A stretch of 64,000 bases of DNA, taken from the NCBI GenBank assembly GCA_964199315.1, contig OZ116705.1:27280001-27344000 (forward strand), read 5' to 3'. Shown here in pieces: positions 10,058 through 22,600 of this stretch (positions within the stretch are counted from its first letter, which is position 1; the number at the start of each line of letters is the position of its first letter). The notes under the pieces were generated by a model. The model saw only the letters and a list, made by a program, of their open reading frames with translations, made no database searches and was not told the origin of the DNA. Origin of the DNA: Orbicella franksi. Its lineage: Eukaryota. The translations under genes were made by a program, and so were the position numbers.

Positions 10058-13000
10058 ATGCATGGCCATAGGCTTCTAGCGTTTCTCCTTTTTCAAGGAA
10101 TGATAAATGTTTCTTATCTCGCGGCCGAAGAAGACCCTACATGGTCTCGCTCGGCGTATTTCACGACGCACGAGAATCAGCGGCTTGAAGGCCACGTCGT
10201 TGAGCAGTTTGAGTCACCTAGTTCAATATCGTGCAGTTATTCTTGTCTGAGAAATCCCTGGTGTACTTCCACAAACTTCAACGTGTTATCCGAGAAGAAC
10301 GACAGAGGAACGTGCGAACTGAACAAGCACGGAGTGCTCGATGAAAACTCTGAGTTTCATGAAAAAGACGGAGTGACATTTTCTTTGATCCAGAAGGTAG
10401 GGCATTATTAGCAAACGTTTTTGACCAGTTGTATTAAGGAAGTTCGCACTGTCTTCCTTTATACGAATATATCTTCGCAAACTCATTAATAATAAATCAT
10501 CAAGTTTAAACAAAGGAAATCATGACCGTGGCGGTGTCTGGATATCTGATCTTAATTTAAAAAGATTTCTCCCTAGTTTTCGTTTCGATTGAGAAGATAT
10601 ATCAAACACTCATGACAGTATTTGACCACACTTCTAAATACCTCGAAGCTCGTCAAACTATTCCGCTGCGCGTCGTATTTTCAACTCACTTCTCGATGTT
10701 TAGAAATGTAGTCAAACTCGGTCTTTCGTGTTTGATATATTACTAACAAGAATACCGAGGCGAAAATTTGCGAAATTTTAAGAATACTTTGAGAGAAACC
10801 GGAGGCTAAGACTCTAAAAAGAATATAATTTTGCCTGTTGAAAATTTCTTTAAAAAAATGCATAATACAATAACATGTTTTTACTAAAACACATAAAATT
10901 CTTCCTTTCTCTAAACGGCAAAACTAGCCAAAAAAACAACAAACTCGGCACTAGCCTTATGCTCGACGCTAACAACATTTCTGCAAAAAGTTGCGTGTGT
11001 CATATGGGGCTTTATTGACTGCAGCCTGGCTCCAAACTTACTTCAACACCATCAAAATCATGAGAATTTCTTTAAAAAAAATATCTAAGAACATTCACAA
11101 GAAGATTTTTAAGCTAACATCGCCAGAAAGAATAGTTATATAAGAACTTTGAGCGTGGGCCGGAAAAACCATATTCTTATTTTAAAAAAAAGAGTGTAAT
11201 CCAGACGAGACTGCTGAATTTATGGTTTGCTTCAAGCTCTCTATCATTACTTTTGTCCATTAGTGGTCGCTTCGTGCTTAGGATAAAAAGTTTACTATGA
11301 AGAGCTCAGTTAAATTTGACAGTTATTTCTAAAAGCGTTGCCTATTCGTCAAGAGATCAGTAAATATGTCATTCTTTGCTTGAAAAAGCTTCGCGTAAAA
11401 AGTGTAATAAAACTTTTGATTATTCATTGGGTCTTTTCAGTTGCCAACCTCCTCTAGTAAAGAGTATGTCAATCTTTGTTTTTAAAGTGCCTCTCGTGAA
11501 AAGCACATGTAGTTGAAGTTGAACATTTCAATCTTCGCACCAAATGTGTTACTCGTGAATAGTTCATGATCAGTAAAATATATCAGCACAGTGTTTCAAA
11601 TGTGCCATTTCTTGTTCCAAAAGGACTTCTCGAGATCAGCGAAGTAAAACGCTTTTCGTTCTAAATGTGTTTCTCGTGAAGAGCTCAGTAAAATATTTAC
11701 TCTTCGTTCTCAAAGCACGTCGCAAACTGGCCCAATAAAACATGACATTTTCTTCTTTCTAAAAGTGCCACGAATGCGCGCTTAAGTACTACGAGAGTTA
11801 AAATGTGCGCTTGTTGAAACCCGGGACCTCCCCTGCTTAATGTAAAATACGGTTCTGTCCGTATAAATTATAGCTTATTCTAATTCTAGCAGTCCTAAAC
11901 AAAGAAAATACTCCCTCAGTGTACCAATGCTCGACGACACAACCTAAAATACTACCTGACAAATTATAGCTTCTTACTAATGCGCCAGCACTGTAGTCGA
12001 TTCTTAATGTTTTAAGCAACAAGGAGAAAAAGCATACCAATGAATTTTTCGTTTGAATCACTCCTTTTTCATCTGCAACGTAATGGCCTGGTAAGTTTTG
12101 GAGGATTTTCCACCGATGGCCTTTTCCAGCTTTTTCAAGGTTTTTTACAAGCCGCAAGGGTGCTCCGGTAAAATTGGATTTTGTTTTTCTGGATCAACTG
12201 CAATCCTCCAAGTCTATTTATTAAGTTTAAACCAACAGAATGATGTCCTTGGCTGTTTCTGGATTTCTGGTAGTTTTGGCATAGATTTTTTTACCATATT
12301 ATTGTTACATTTTCTCCTCTTAAACCCCATTAAGGCTTCGATTTAAAAAAAAGAAAAGAAAAAGATATTTAACATTCTAGACAGTGTTTTTATCTCGAGA
12401 ATCGTCAAAAATTATCTGCTGCGCGTCATATTTTCAGCTCTCTTCTCGTTGATTGGAAATGTGGTAAAACACGGTGTCTCGATCGTGTGTAATGCATTAC
12501 TGCGCATACAGCTACAGATATTCAATTGCTTTTGATATTCTTTTCGCCTGCTATTTTGAACTGTAGGGATGTCTCATAACCGGCTGTCATAATGGTGGCG
12601 TTTGTGTAGCTGACGAGCTGAAACAAACATTTTCATGTTTGTGCCAGGTACCGTGGGCTGGAGCAAAATGTGACATTAAAATCGGTAAGAAATGTAAAAG
12701 CTCATATGAAGGCAACAGGCAGATGCTGTCAATGGTATCGACTGGGTTGAATCACTTCCTTTAACGATCTACTCGTAGGTTTGGTGACGGATTTCCGCTG
12801 ACCCAAATGCATAGTCGTCATATCTTCGATGGTACAGTAGCCCATTTCCAAGTTACCCCAAACCTCTCTATCAAAGCGAGGCCTGGTCAACAACTTTCAT
12901 ATGAAAATGAGTTTACTTTTGCATGTGAATGAAGTCTCATTTTCGTATGAAAGGATGGACACCAAGACTCGCTTTGAGAAAGAGCTAGGCTGAAGGCAAT

Positions 13001-15013
13001 TCGAACCTTGTCGAAGATGGCGGCAGAGGGACAAAGTTCCCGCAACAAACCTTGGAAAAGCAAAACAGTGATGCCAATATCAAATATATCTCAGTGCTAA
13101 AGATAACTTGGAGTAAGACATAATTGTCAACAAATGAAACAAATTACGTATAAGACCGCTTTGGCTATTTGCCAAAGTATTGAATTAATTTTTGACAACT
13201 TTGTAACATCTCTAATTTGTTCATCTTTCAGATGCCTCCACGTGCGACGAGGCCCAAATGAAAGGCAACCAGATGTTACAAAATGGAGAATATCTGTTAA
13301 CAAATGGAAGCTTGTCATTAAAGGTAAGCAAGATTAAAAAATCATTTCTTCCTTGTAATAATATCATAACGCTGCGTGCCGTCTATTGTTGTAGCAGCCT
13401 AAAGGTCGGAACACACGAGGGGGACCAGTCCCTGTGACTAGTCCCTGCAACTGGTCCCCTGAAGAGTTTACACGAAGGGACTGCTCGCAAGAACTTGTCC
13501 CACGAACAGTTCACACGAAGCGTTTTGAGGAACAAGTCGCAGGGACTTGTTCCCACAAATTCAAACTGGTTTGAATTCGTGGGACTAGTCGCAGGGACCA
13601 AACTTTGGTCCCTGCGACTAGATTTTGAAGCAAAAATGGCCAGTTCACACCATGGGACTTCTCCCCGCGACTTCCTGCAGGGTCTAGTCGCAGGGACTAT
13701 CCCCCTCGTGTATGCCGACCTTAAAAATAAAGTGAGCCGTCTGTTGAACTCTACCCTACCCTACCCTACCCTACCCTACCCTACCCTACCCTACCCTACC
13801 CTACCCTACCCTCACCTCCTTCCCTTCCCCTCCCCTCCCTTTTCCCACCTTCCAAACAGCACCACCACAAACACCCTTTTTTAGATCGTTAAGTAAATTT
13901 TACTTCCTTTCTTGCTGCTTATGAGTTTAGATAACATGAGCAAGGAAGCTAAACCTTTTGAAATAACCCCCACGTTGACCAACCGAGTTGTAGTTTTATC
14001 GAGACGTGAATAATGGTGTTAAAACATTTAGGACTAAATTGGCCGACTTTCTCTTTGTTGTCTAAAATGACAGAAAACGATAACATTTCTCTTCCACAAA
14101 TGCATTTTTGTTTTTAGTAGGTGTAACTGTTGCTAGGTGTTGCCATGGTAACCCATTCTGTCATGAAAGTAGTAACAAATTGTTCACCAATGACTGAGCA
14201 GTTTGTCGATACCATAATTGTAGCATCAATTGACAAAGAGTGGCTGAAATGCCTATCAAAGTGCTGGAAACTGTTGCTAGCCACCTTAAAAACCCGTAAC
14301 CTCTATTTACACGTACTACGCGCCTTCAATGTCATCGCTTTAATTCGCTTCTTCCGTATTAGGTGTACTGTCACATGACAGATGATGGTAAAGGATGGAC
14401 TCTGATCGCCCGGTTCTCAAATAGTGACATAAGAAAGTGGATGGTTAAATCCGGACGCTTCTGGTACTTCAAGCAAAAAGCCCTTGGAAACACAACTAGT
14501 CCGTCGATAAATGCCGACATGATCTCTACCGCATTTTGGTTGGTCAGCGGCAGAGAGTTTAAGATCACGCGCAGTGATGACCCCAGTCACACTCCTCTGT
14601 TACAGACCACAGGTAACTGTTTGGCTGGACAAACATTCCGATCAAAAATCACCAGTTATGGCGACTTTAGAAATGGCACGGTTTGGGCCAGTGACCAGTG
14701 CCTGGGAAGCTGCACGGTTCAATATGGCGGTCAGTACAAGTCAACAGACGGGTTTCAACAGGCTGAGTGCAGTGGAGACATCCAAAGCGCCAACAACATC
14801 GGCTTCTGGTGTGACTGGAGTGGTGATGGATCAGTGATGATGATTGGTGGAGGAGGAAGTAGCTGCTCAGGTGCTGATCATGGGATTGGAATAACAGCAA
14901 TGGACGGTGCTTCTTTCTTTGGGAAAGGGGAAACTGAAGATGATTTTGGTTATAATGCTAACTTGACAACCAAGCCATCTCAGGCATACGCATTGAATCT
15001 TTGGATCCACTAA
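10058..15013 (+). CDS. Secreted PAN/apple-EGF-fibrinogen/intelectin-like protein, paralog B copy 1, 399 aa; exons 10058-10396, 12567-12684, 13232-13323, 14363-15013
   Basis: All introns are GT-AG with matching phases; 339+118+92+651=1200 nt. EGF exon GCLITGCHNGGVCVADELKQTFSCLCQVPWAGAKCD. STC..NGEY..VYCHMTDDGKGWTLIARF is the fibrinogen-related N-terminal motif. AATAAA lies ~70 bp after the stop. Confidence 0.9.
10500..10745. repeat. Dispersed repeat family; other members at ~37080-37325 and ~54420-54680, partial at ~12380-12490
   Basis: Shared text gatatctgatcttaatt..gtttcgattgagaagatatatc..gtttgaccac..cgtattttcaactc. Confidence 0.8.
13403..13721. mobile_element. PIF/Harbinger-type MITE in intron 3 of paralog B (copy 2 at 39985-40302)
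   Basis: TAA|aggtcggaacacacgagggg...cccctcgtgtatgccgacct|TAA: TIRs plus a 3-bp TAA TSD, with internal gtccctgcgactag motifs. Confidence 0.8.
13751..13812 (+). repeat. (CCCTA)n microsatellite followed by a pyrimidine tract
   Basis: About 12 perfect units seen directly. Confidence 0.95.
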
Positions 15014-16695
15014 AATGCGATTGACCTTAAGCTACATCTTTAAGCTTCTTTAAGAAATCACAGTGATACTATTAGCAAAAAAATAAACAAAAAGTAACTT
15101 GGTTTGAAATAAATGAATGCAACGCAGGATCTGATGGTAATTGTAAATCAAAATTCTAAGGAATCTTCGTAAAAACCGTGAAATATAATTCAATACTCAG
15201 ATTAGCTTAATTATAATTTCTGATTACAATCAGTCTTTACATTTAATTCCAAATTAGCTGGTCAATAAAAATCGATATCTTAACCGTGAAGTTATTATGA
15301 TAAGTTGGTTGTCCTGTGTAATTGGCATTATAACTTGATGTGATCTTGAGGGTCACATGTTCTCTAAAAGATTTATACTAATAATAAACTCTTGTAGTCG
15401 AAGCGCACAGACATGTATTTCCTTACTCATTTACTTATAATAGAAGTTAAACGATTTACCAGCTTGAATCTGCCGGTGGGCCTTCGACGTGCCGTAGAAA
15501 ACAAAATTTGACTCATAAAATAAAGGAGCTCAGTCATGGTATCTCTTTTTTACCCGCACAGACCTTTTACCACTCGTAGTGCAACGACCACACCTACGGC
15601 CTTGCCTTAAAATGACACTACAAAGCTAAAACGCTGGTACACTTTCACTGTTACTAATCTCGATCGTGAAGACGAAGAATATGATAAAGACGCCGATTAA
15701 ATGTTTGTGTCCAATAGAGGCGATCAAGGCCACTGATATTCTGGGTTCTATGTGCTGGAGGTGGCATCTTAATCAAGGCCCCAAGCTGTCATACAGAGGT
15801 ACTTCCCGCGCTCGTTCGTTACGCGTGCGTCGCTTTTTCATCCTCGTTATTACGCTGTCTTCGACTTTTAAAGCTCGCTTGCCTTTGTCGACGAGACACA
15901 ATAAAAATTAGCCGCTAAACAACAACTCAGCTTTTCTCCACAACCTCAAACCTCGTTGCTTAACTGCACCTTTTTTTGTAGTTGATTTATGACCCAAGTC
16001 CTGATCACAAGCAACTAATATAAGGTAGAGTGTTCGTGAGTTTTATTGAGCAACACAATACTGAGGCACATCAAGCGATATCTTCTCCTCTAATAGAAAA
16101 CTGCATTTCAGCTTGCGGCGTAACGAATATGATGCTTTTTAGTCGTAGATTCATTATGAGAATTAACACAGCCCCGGCCCTTATGTTAGTCCTCCACTCT
16201 TTTCGTTAAAAATAAATTGACGGCATGAGTTCTATCCACTTTACAATTTGACCGATTAGCGTACATGCAGTTTTAGATGTATCAATACTAAAAATAAAGG
16301 TTTCCATTGCTTTAAATTTAACCAAGTCCTGCCGAGTGGTAAATAATCACGAGAAATACATGTACCCCTAGTAGTTATATTGTCTTTTGCAACGGAACGA
16401 AAATTTTCAAACTGTGCTATTTCCTTCATGTATGGCGCTTTCTATTGTCTACACTCTTGAAGTAACCAACAAACATTACCTGCCATTGGATAGTGTATGT
16501 CGTCTTTTCTCTGTTCTAATCTCGTGGCCTGATTAATCAAGAAAAAAATTCATGCAACGATATATTTATAGAATTCGACGTCTTAATTGACGTTCTTCCA
16601 GAACATGTGTTAAGTTTCAGAGAGCGGCGAGACTTAAAGACAAGCTTTCTAAAAACACACGTCGCCGTGGCTTAATAGGAGAGAAAAACTTTGGA

Positions 16696-19600
16696 ATGGT
16701 TGGAGTCGCCCTATTTTTGGCAAAGGTTGTCTTGCTTCTTCTCAAACTTAAAACTTCACCATTGTTAATCTCCCTACTGGCTTTGCATCGTTCGCAAGCG
16801 AGCTACAATGTGACAATATTGTTGTTTTACGACGAAACTTGCGATGAACGCATCAAAAAAGAAGCAAGCCAGCTGTCCCACCAAGATATTTTCCCACGGA
16901 AATCTGAAGTAATCAACTTTAGATGGGTAAAAGTCAACGCAACCAGTATTAATCGCAGTCAAGTTGGAGTATTCAGCACTCTTGAATTTCTAGAAAAACA
17001 CTCCACAACAGTAGATGGAGCAATTTTTATCGACGTAACGCCCGATTCAGTAGCTTTTTCATCGCTGTTGAAAAGTTTACACGTCTTAACAGTTGGTTTA
17101 TTTCAAGAGCAAGGAGGTTTCCGAACTGAGGTAACATAGAGAGATATTTGCGCCTCAAAAGTGTTTTAATTTACCAACTTACAGTTCAAAAGTCAACAAC
17201 AAAAGATTGATTTTAATGCTAGCTGGCAAAATGCTTCTTCGACCGCTCAGCCCGATGCCATCAGTGAATCGAACTTGTCGTTAATTTCCTGTGATACAAA
17301 ATCATGAATTTTTAATAAACTTTTCCTTGTCTTTTTCAATGAAGACTGTAATGCTGGTAGCTTAAAATTACTATCAGTAAGATTTAATGTTCCTTAAACT
17401 TTGAAGGTTTCTTCCCAAACGATTTTGCTAAGCGACTCTGTTGCTCCAACTTGAGGTTTTGAAGATTATTTTCTTTAAGCATGGTGTATCCGCGAACATA
17501 TGCCCCATTAAAAACGCAACCGAATGAGCCACGAAATGGGGAGAAATAATGCAGCTAAAAACATTAACTAGAAAAAAGCCTTAAAAGCCATTGTCCACTA
17601 ATATTTGCACAGTTTTCGGAATTCTGCAAAATTACTTTCGCCAGGTCACTCATAGATATTTATTGAACTATGTAATTATTTTTTCAATTTTCTTACCAAA
17701 TAATCAGTAGCTTTCAATGACATTTAATTAAATTCGTTTCAGTTCTCTTGTCCCACTTTCCTTTATTCTACTTTAGAAATACAGACAACCACTTAGTAAG
17801 TTTATGAAAAAATGTAAGTTTACTACAAGGATCGTGGCATGAATACGTCTCACAACTGTTTCAGATTTCAGTCTTGTTCCGACGTTCCGATTTTAGCTTT
17901 TCTTTTATCTACGTACATTTTTTATACATACATTTTTATTTTTGTTTTCAAATAAAAATAACAATTATCTCAGTAAAAGAATTAAAAGATGTAGAGGCGT
18001 AGAAACGAAACTCAACTAAAAATAAATTAGGAATAAAAAGCCAATAAACTGACATTTCACACGAAGCGTAAAAGGAATTCAAGTGAGAAAGTAAGATGTG
18101 CCAATTATAATTTTCTTACTGCATTTGATCCGGTCAGGTATTACAAATAAAAAGCGAAGTAGAAAACGTAAGGCAAACAGTTGAAAGTCCGTTTCGCCTT
18201 CTTTTAATCCGTTTTTTTATTTTATTCCTTTATTAGGAACATTCTGGTGATTTTACGAGAGTGGTATTTCCATCAATGTTTCGCTACGCGACCTCAGTGT
18301 GGAGAATTATAAAGAAACATGGATGGAAAACTATTTCGTTAGTGCTGTCTGCTGACTACGAAGGCATCAAATTTGTGGAGAGTATGCGAAGCTACGCTTT
18401 TCAGGAGAAATGGCAAATTTTTAAGGTAGTCTGGCTAACGGAGGACCCGATTGGAAATGGCACAGAAACAGAATTAAAAGATGTAGTGAGTAATACGACA
18501 AACGATGTTATTGTTATGCACAGCAGGTTGTGGCAGGATGCGCAGCTCTTTGCGATTGTTCAAGAGCTTGGCCTCAGCAAACAGAAAGCTGTGTGGATTA
18601 TAACAGAAATCACAAGCCACCAGTTTAAGAACTGTCAGAAACTTCCACAGGGACTGCTAAAGATAAGCCTCAAACGTCCAGAAAAACATCACGACTACGT
18701 TATTTACGAAAATGCTCTTCACGATGCCGTCTCATTGTTTCAACTTTCCTTTGAAGAGAGTTTGAAAGAGTATTCTCTGAATTTCAATGTAGAGGATTGT
18801 GAACAAAGAATCACCCGTGACAGAATAAGGCGCATTTCCAAAAGGTATCTGTCTCTCAATTTCCAACCTTTGTTTTCAAATATATTTCCACCAAGAGAAG
18901 ATCAAGGTGGAATCCAAGTCCCTCTTAAGTTATATTTAGACATGGAGAGTCCAGGAGAGTTTCTTGAGACTACCTGAGACGAAATGGCGGAAAATGTGGG
19001 GAAAAGTCTTTGATCCTCTCTTTATTCTCACTCGTTTTTCTAGATGTACAAGTCTTTGTTCATGATCAGTTTTTGAACGACATCGTCTTCAATGTGCCCA
19101 TAAATCGTGCAGCTTTTGTTCTAAACGGGTCTTCCTCTCTCCCAATCCCTTTTAGCTTTCGCTAAAGTTAATTTTCTGCTAAATGCTAACACATGCTGTA
19201 TTTGAAGGCCTAGCTTGAAGATAGCATGAATACCTATATTTAGTTTCGTGGGAGAGGCGAGGAATGGTTCACTCTGTCCATGACCAATGAGCATTCGAAT
19301 AGAAACGCATAAGAGATAATTTCCCAGGCAATTTAACCTGATATTTACATAATTTTACTGTGCAGATACTTGACACAGATATCATTGTCGGGGCGAAGTA
19401 TACTCTTTGATCCTCTTGCGCTCAAGAACAAGCATCCCGCTTTTACAATCTGGAACCTGAAGAGAGACGGAGATGGTGTAAAGAAATGGTTCCCTGCAGG
19501 AATGGGTGCAACCACTGGCCTTGCTATGGAGAAATTCACAGCACCTAACGGAACGCTCATAAAAGCCGCTTCTCAAATTCCAAAACGTGTTATCCGCGTG

Positions 19601-22600
19601 GCCGTGAACGATTATCCTCCTCTGGTCAATAAGATACCTCCTGGTGTCGGAGAAGAGTGCTTTGGGAGGTTTGTGGCGTGTTATGAAAACAGCCATAAAG
19701 ATATGTCGGCTAACATTCCACCAAAGATGTTTTGTTGCTTCGGTGCTTCACTGGACTTTTTGTCGTTTCTCCAAAAAGACCTTAACTTCGAAGCGTATAT
19801 CTATTTTACTCCCGATGGGAAATACGGAGTGTACAATGATAGCGCTGGTAAATGGAATGGCATTGTGCAAGAGCTGATAAGTGGTAGGGCCATGCTTTCA
19901 TTAGAAATGGGTATGAACAGCAGGCGAGCTGAAGTGCTGGGATTTGCTCATCCAACGCTACTTTTGGAGCTAGGCATCTTGATTAACGAGGATGGACACA
20001 AAGGTAAGTACCACAAGTAAGTAAGGTAAGGTAAGTTCCACAAGTTGCTCGGCAACTTTTTGGCAACTTCTCGTATTTCGAGCAACGTTTCTCGTCTCCA
20101 GCAACTTCTTACATTCTGAGCAATTTCTCGTTTTCTACCAATTCTGAGAAATCGTAGCAGCTTTTAGTGCTTAAATTAACCTTTCTTCCATATTTCACAA
20201 TGATTTGCCTTAATTTGCCTTGATTTTGTGCCTTAACCTTTCAGACATAAATAGAGATTCTTGGCTACACCCCTTCAGCACAGTTTTATGGTTGTGTCAA
20301 ATGGCAACTGCTTGCATAGTCTTTGTTGTAATATGGTGTCTGGACCGGAAAAGCCCTCAAGGCTACTATCATGTGCTCAAGGGCAGTGATGAGGACGGAT
20401 TCACATTACTGGGTAAACTGGCTTCTTGTACCGTGACAAGAAATTACTGACATCACCCCTCTGAGGAATCGAAATCGGTCGTGTCTCTACAGTGTAATGC
20501 TCATGATTTTGACGGGGGAGAGGTAGTTGGTGACATCGGAGAGCGGTTGAGAACATGTTTGATGACATATTGGCGAAAACTCATTGATACACAGATGTGA
20601 CCTTTTGATCTCGTTGAAGTAAACGTTTCTTTGCAGAGGGGACCGCTAAGATAGACTATGAGTAGTCCCTCTTTCGCTTGCGTGACGTGAAAGAAACCCT
20701 CGAGGAAAAAATGGCCGCGCGAAATCCTGGGGGCGAGAAGCGCACAAAACGAAGTCCCCGCGCGGCCATTATGTTTTCTTTTCGAGGCTTTCCTTTACGT
20801 CAGGCACGACGGACTAAGCGAAAGTGGAACTACTCGTAGTCTACCGCTAAGATGATGAAACCGTTGATTAAGCGGAGTTCGCGTGTTATTGAAAGCCGCC
20901 GTAATACCGAATGAGCATTTCCCATTTCAGTTTGTACTAATTTAGTTATTAGTATAAGTAGGTGAAAAGCTCTCCCAGTTTCTTTGGCCATTTTGGGCGA
21001 TGTTTGATCTCTGACATTGTTGACCTTCCAAAGAGAATTTCACAGAGTCGCCCGCTTCCCGCCGCTGGCCAAGGGGAACAAAGGCTTTGGGTATGAGGTT
21101 GAGCGCAATGAAGGCGGGTCCCAGGTTAGCACTTTCAAGAGCACTCGATCTTCATTTTTTAACATTGTTTCTTACTGTTTTGGCAGATTCCATCAGTTAT
21201 GTTGGCGGTGTGGCGTTTGGTAAGGATATCGGCCCAGTCAGAACTCCGCTGAGCACAAGTTCACGGCTCGTGTCCTATGTCTACTCATGTCTCGCTCTCG
21301 TCATGATCAATTCTTACTGCGCTAACCTCATGGCGTTCTTAGTCGAAGAAAAAGTCGGTCTTCCCATAACTGGCGTTCGTGATCCTAAGGTACGTGTGTA
21401 TGCGCTGTATGAGTGCATGAATGTTAATGTTCCAAGTTATCTCCGCGCTTTTTCCGACTCTAACTCAAAACTGGTACTGCGCTTGAATTTGAATTGACCA
21501 ATAAGAATACACCTACAATCCTGGTCAAAAATCTTGGGACAATATGCACTTTAGCCAACACATGGAATTTCTGTCAACCTCCCCCACCCCACCCCCAGCA
21601 CAATGTTGCTGCTGATCCATCCAAAGTAGGCCCACTATTGTAAGATTGCTTTGGCGCGCGGGGGGGGGGGGGGGGTAGGGGGGCATCACCAGTTGGCATC
21701 TTGTCAAGTGTTTCAAGGAAATCTGGCCAGGATTGTAGTCTGGACGGTTGCTCTGAGAAATGTTAAATAAATTGAAAATGCATGTAGAAGGATAGTGAAA
21801 AACAGTGCCTGTAGAGAAATCTGAATGTATGTAAGAATTTTTTTTCTTAGTAGCATTCATTCGTGAGGCAAATGTAGTATGAAAACGAGAATAATTGTTT
21901 GACCTAATCATTTATGATTCCCATAAGAGAAACGAGGTTAATGAGGAAGTTTGAGAGAAAGAGATTTTCGGACAAAAAAAACGACAACCTTAATTAACAT
22001 AATTTGCCGAAGAGAGACGAGCAGAAATTGGTGCTCAAATAACTCGTGCCAGTTTCACAGTCCTCTTGTCTCGTTCCCAGATCATCTCTGAACCTCCAGA
22101 GTTTAAGGTGGCCGCTGTGCGAGGTTCAAATGAAGAAGATTACTTCAAGCATCATGTTAATTCTTCGTTCCGTAAAATTTATGATGTCAACTTGCGAAAA
22201 AACAGTGTGACAAGCTTGACATCAGGAGTCGAACAGTTGAAGGCAGGGTATGTTTGATTTAGTTAAATATTTCTGTTCTGATTTCACTTCTTTACCCTTA
22301 CATCAAACTTCCAAAAATGACCGCCAAGTTCCAAAATTAATGATCCTCGAATTAACATCCTTTTGCCTACCGTTGTTTCAGGAGAGGGTTCGCTAAGGTT
22401 TCGCTTATCTCTTTTCAAATACTGTACTGCTACGCACGTACCCAACGGCGATAATCTAAGTTCACTATTGCACTGCTATGTAACGGACATTTTTTAGGCT
22501 GAATGTTTCCTGGGTCCTGTGGACAATGAAACTCTCACAAGACTAGGCAAAAACCCCACTAGGGTGATGATGGGTTAGACAATGCATTTCCTTCCACGGG

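Noticed and set aside
11837-12346. 106-aa and 82-aa ORFs in intron 1 of paralog B
   Set aside because: No recognisable motif, and neighbouring frames are full of stops; probably decayed repeat DNA.
13751-13812. Interstitial telomere
   Set aside because: The unit is CCCTA, not CCCTAA; treated as a microsatellite.
13495-13884. 129-aa ORF with PYPTL repeats
   Set aside because: It is a translation of a MITE plus the (CCCTA)n microsatellite.
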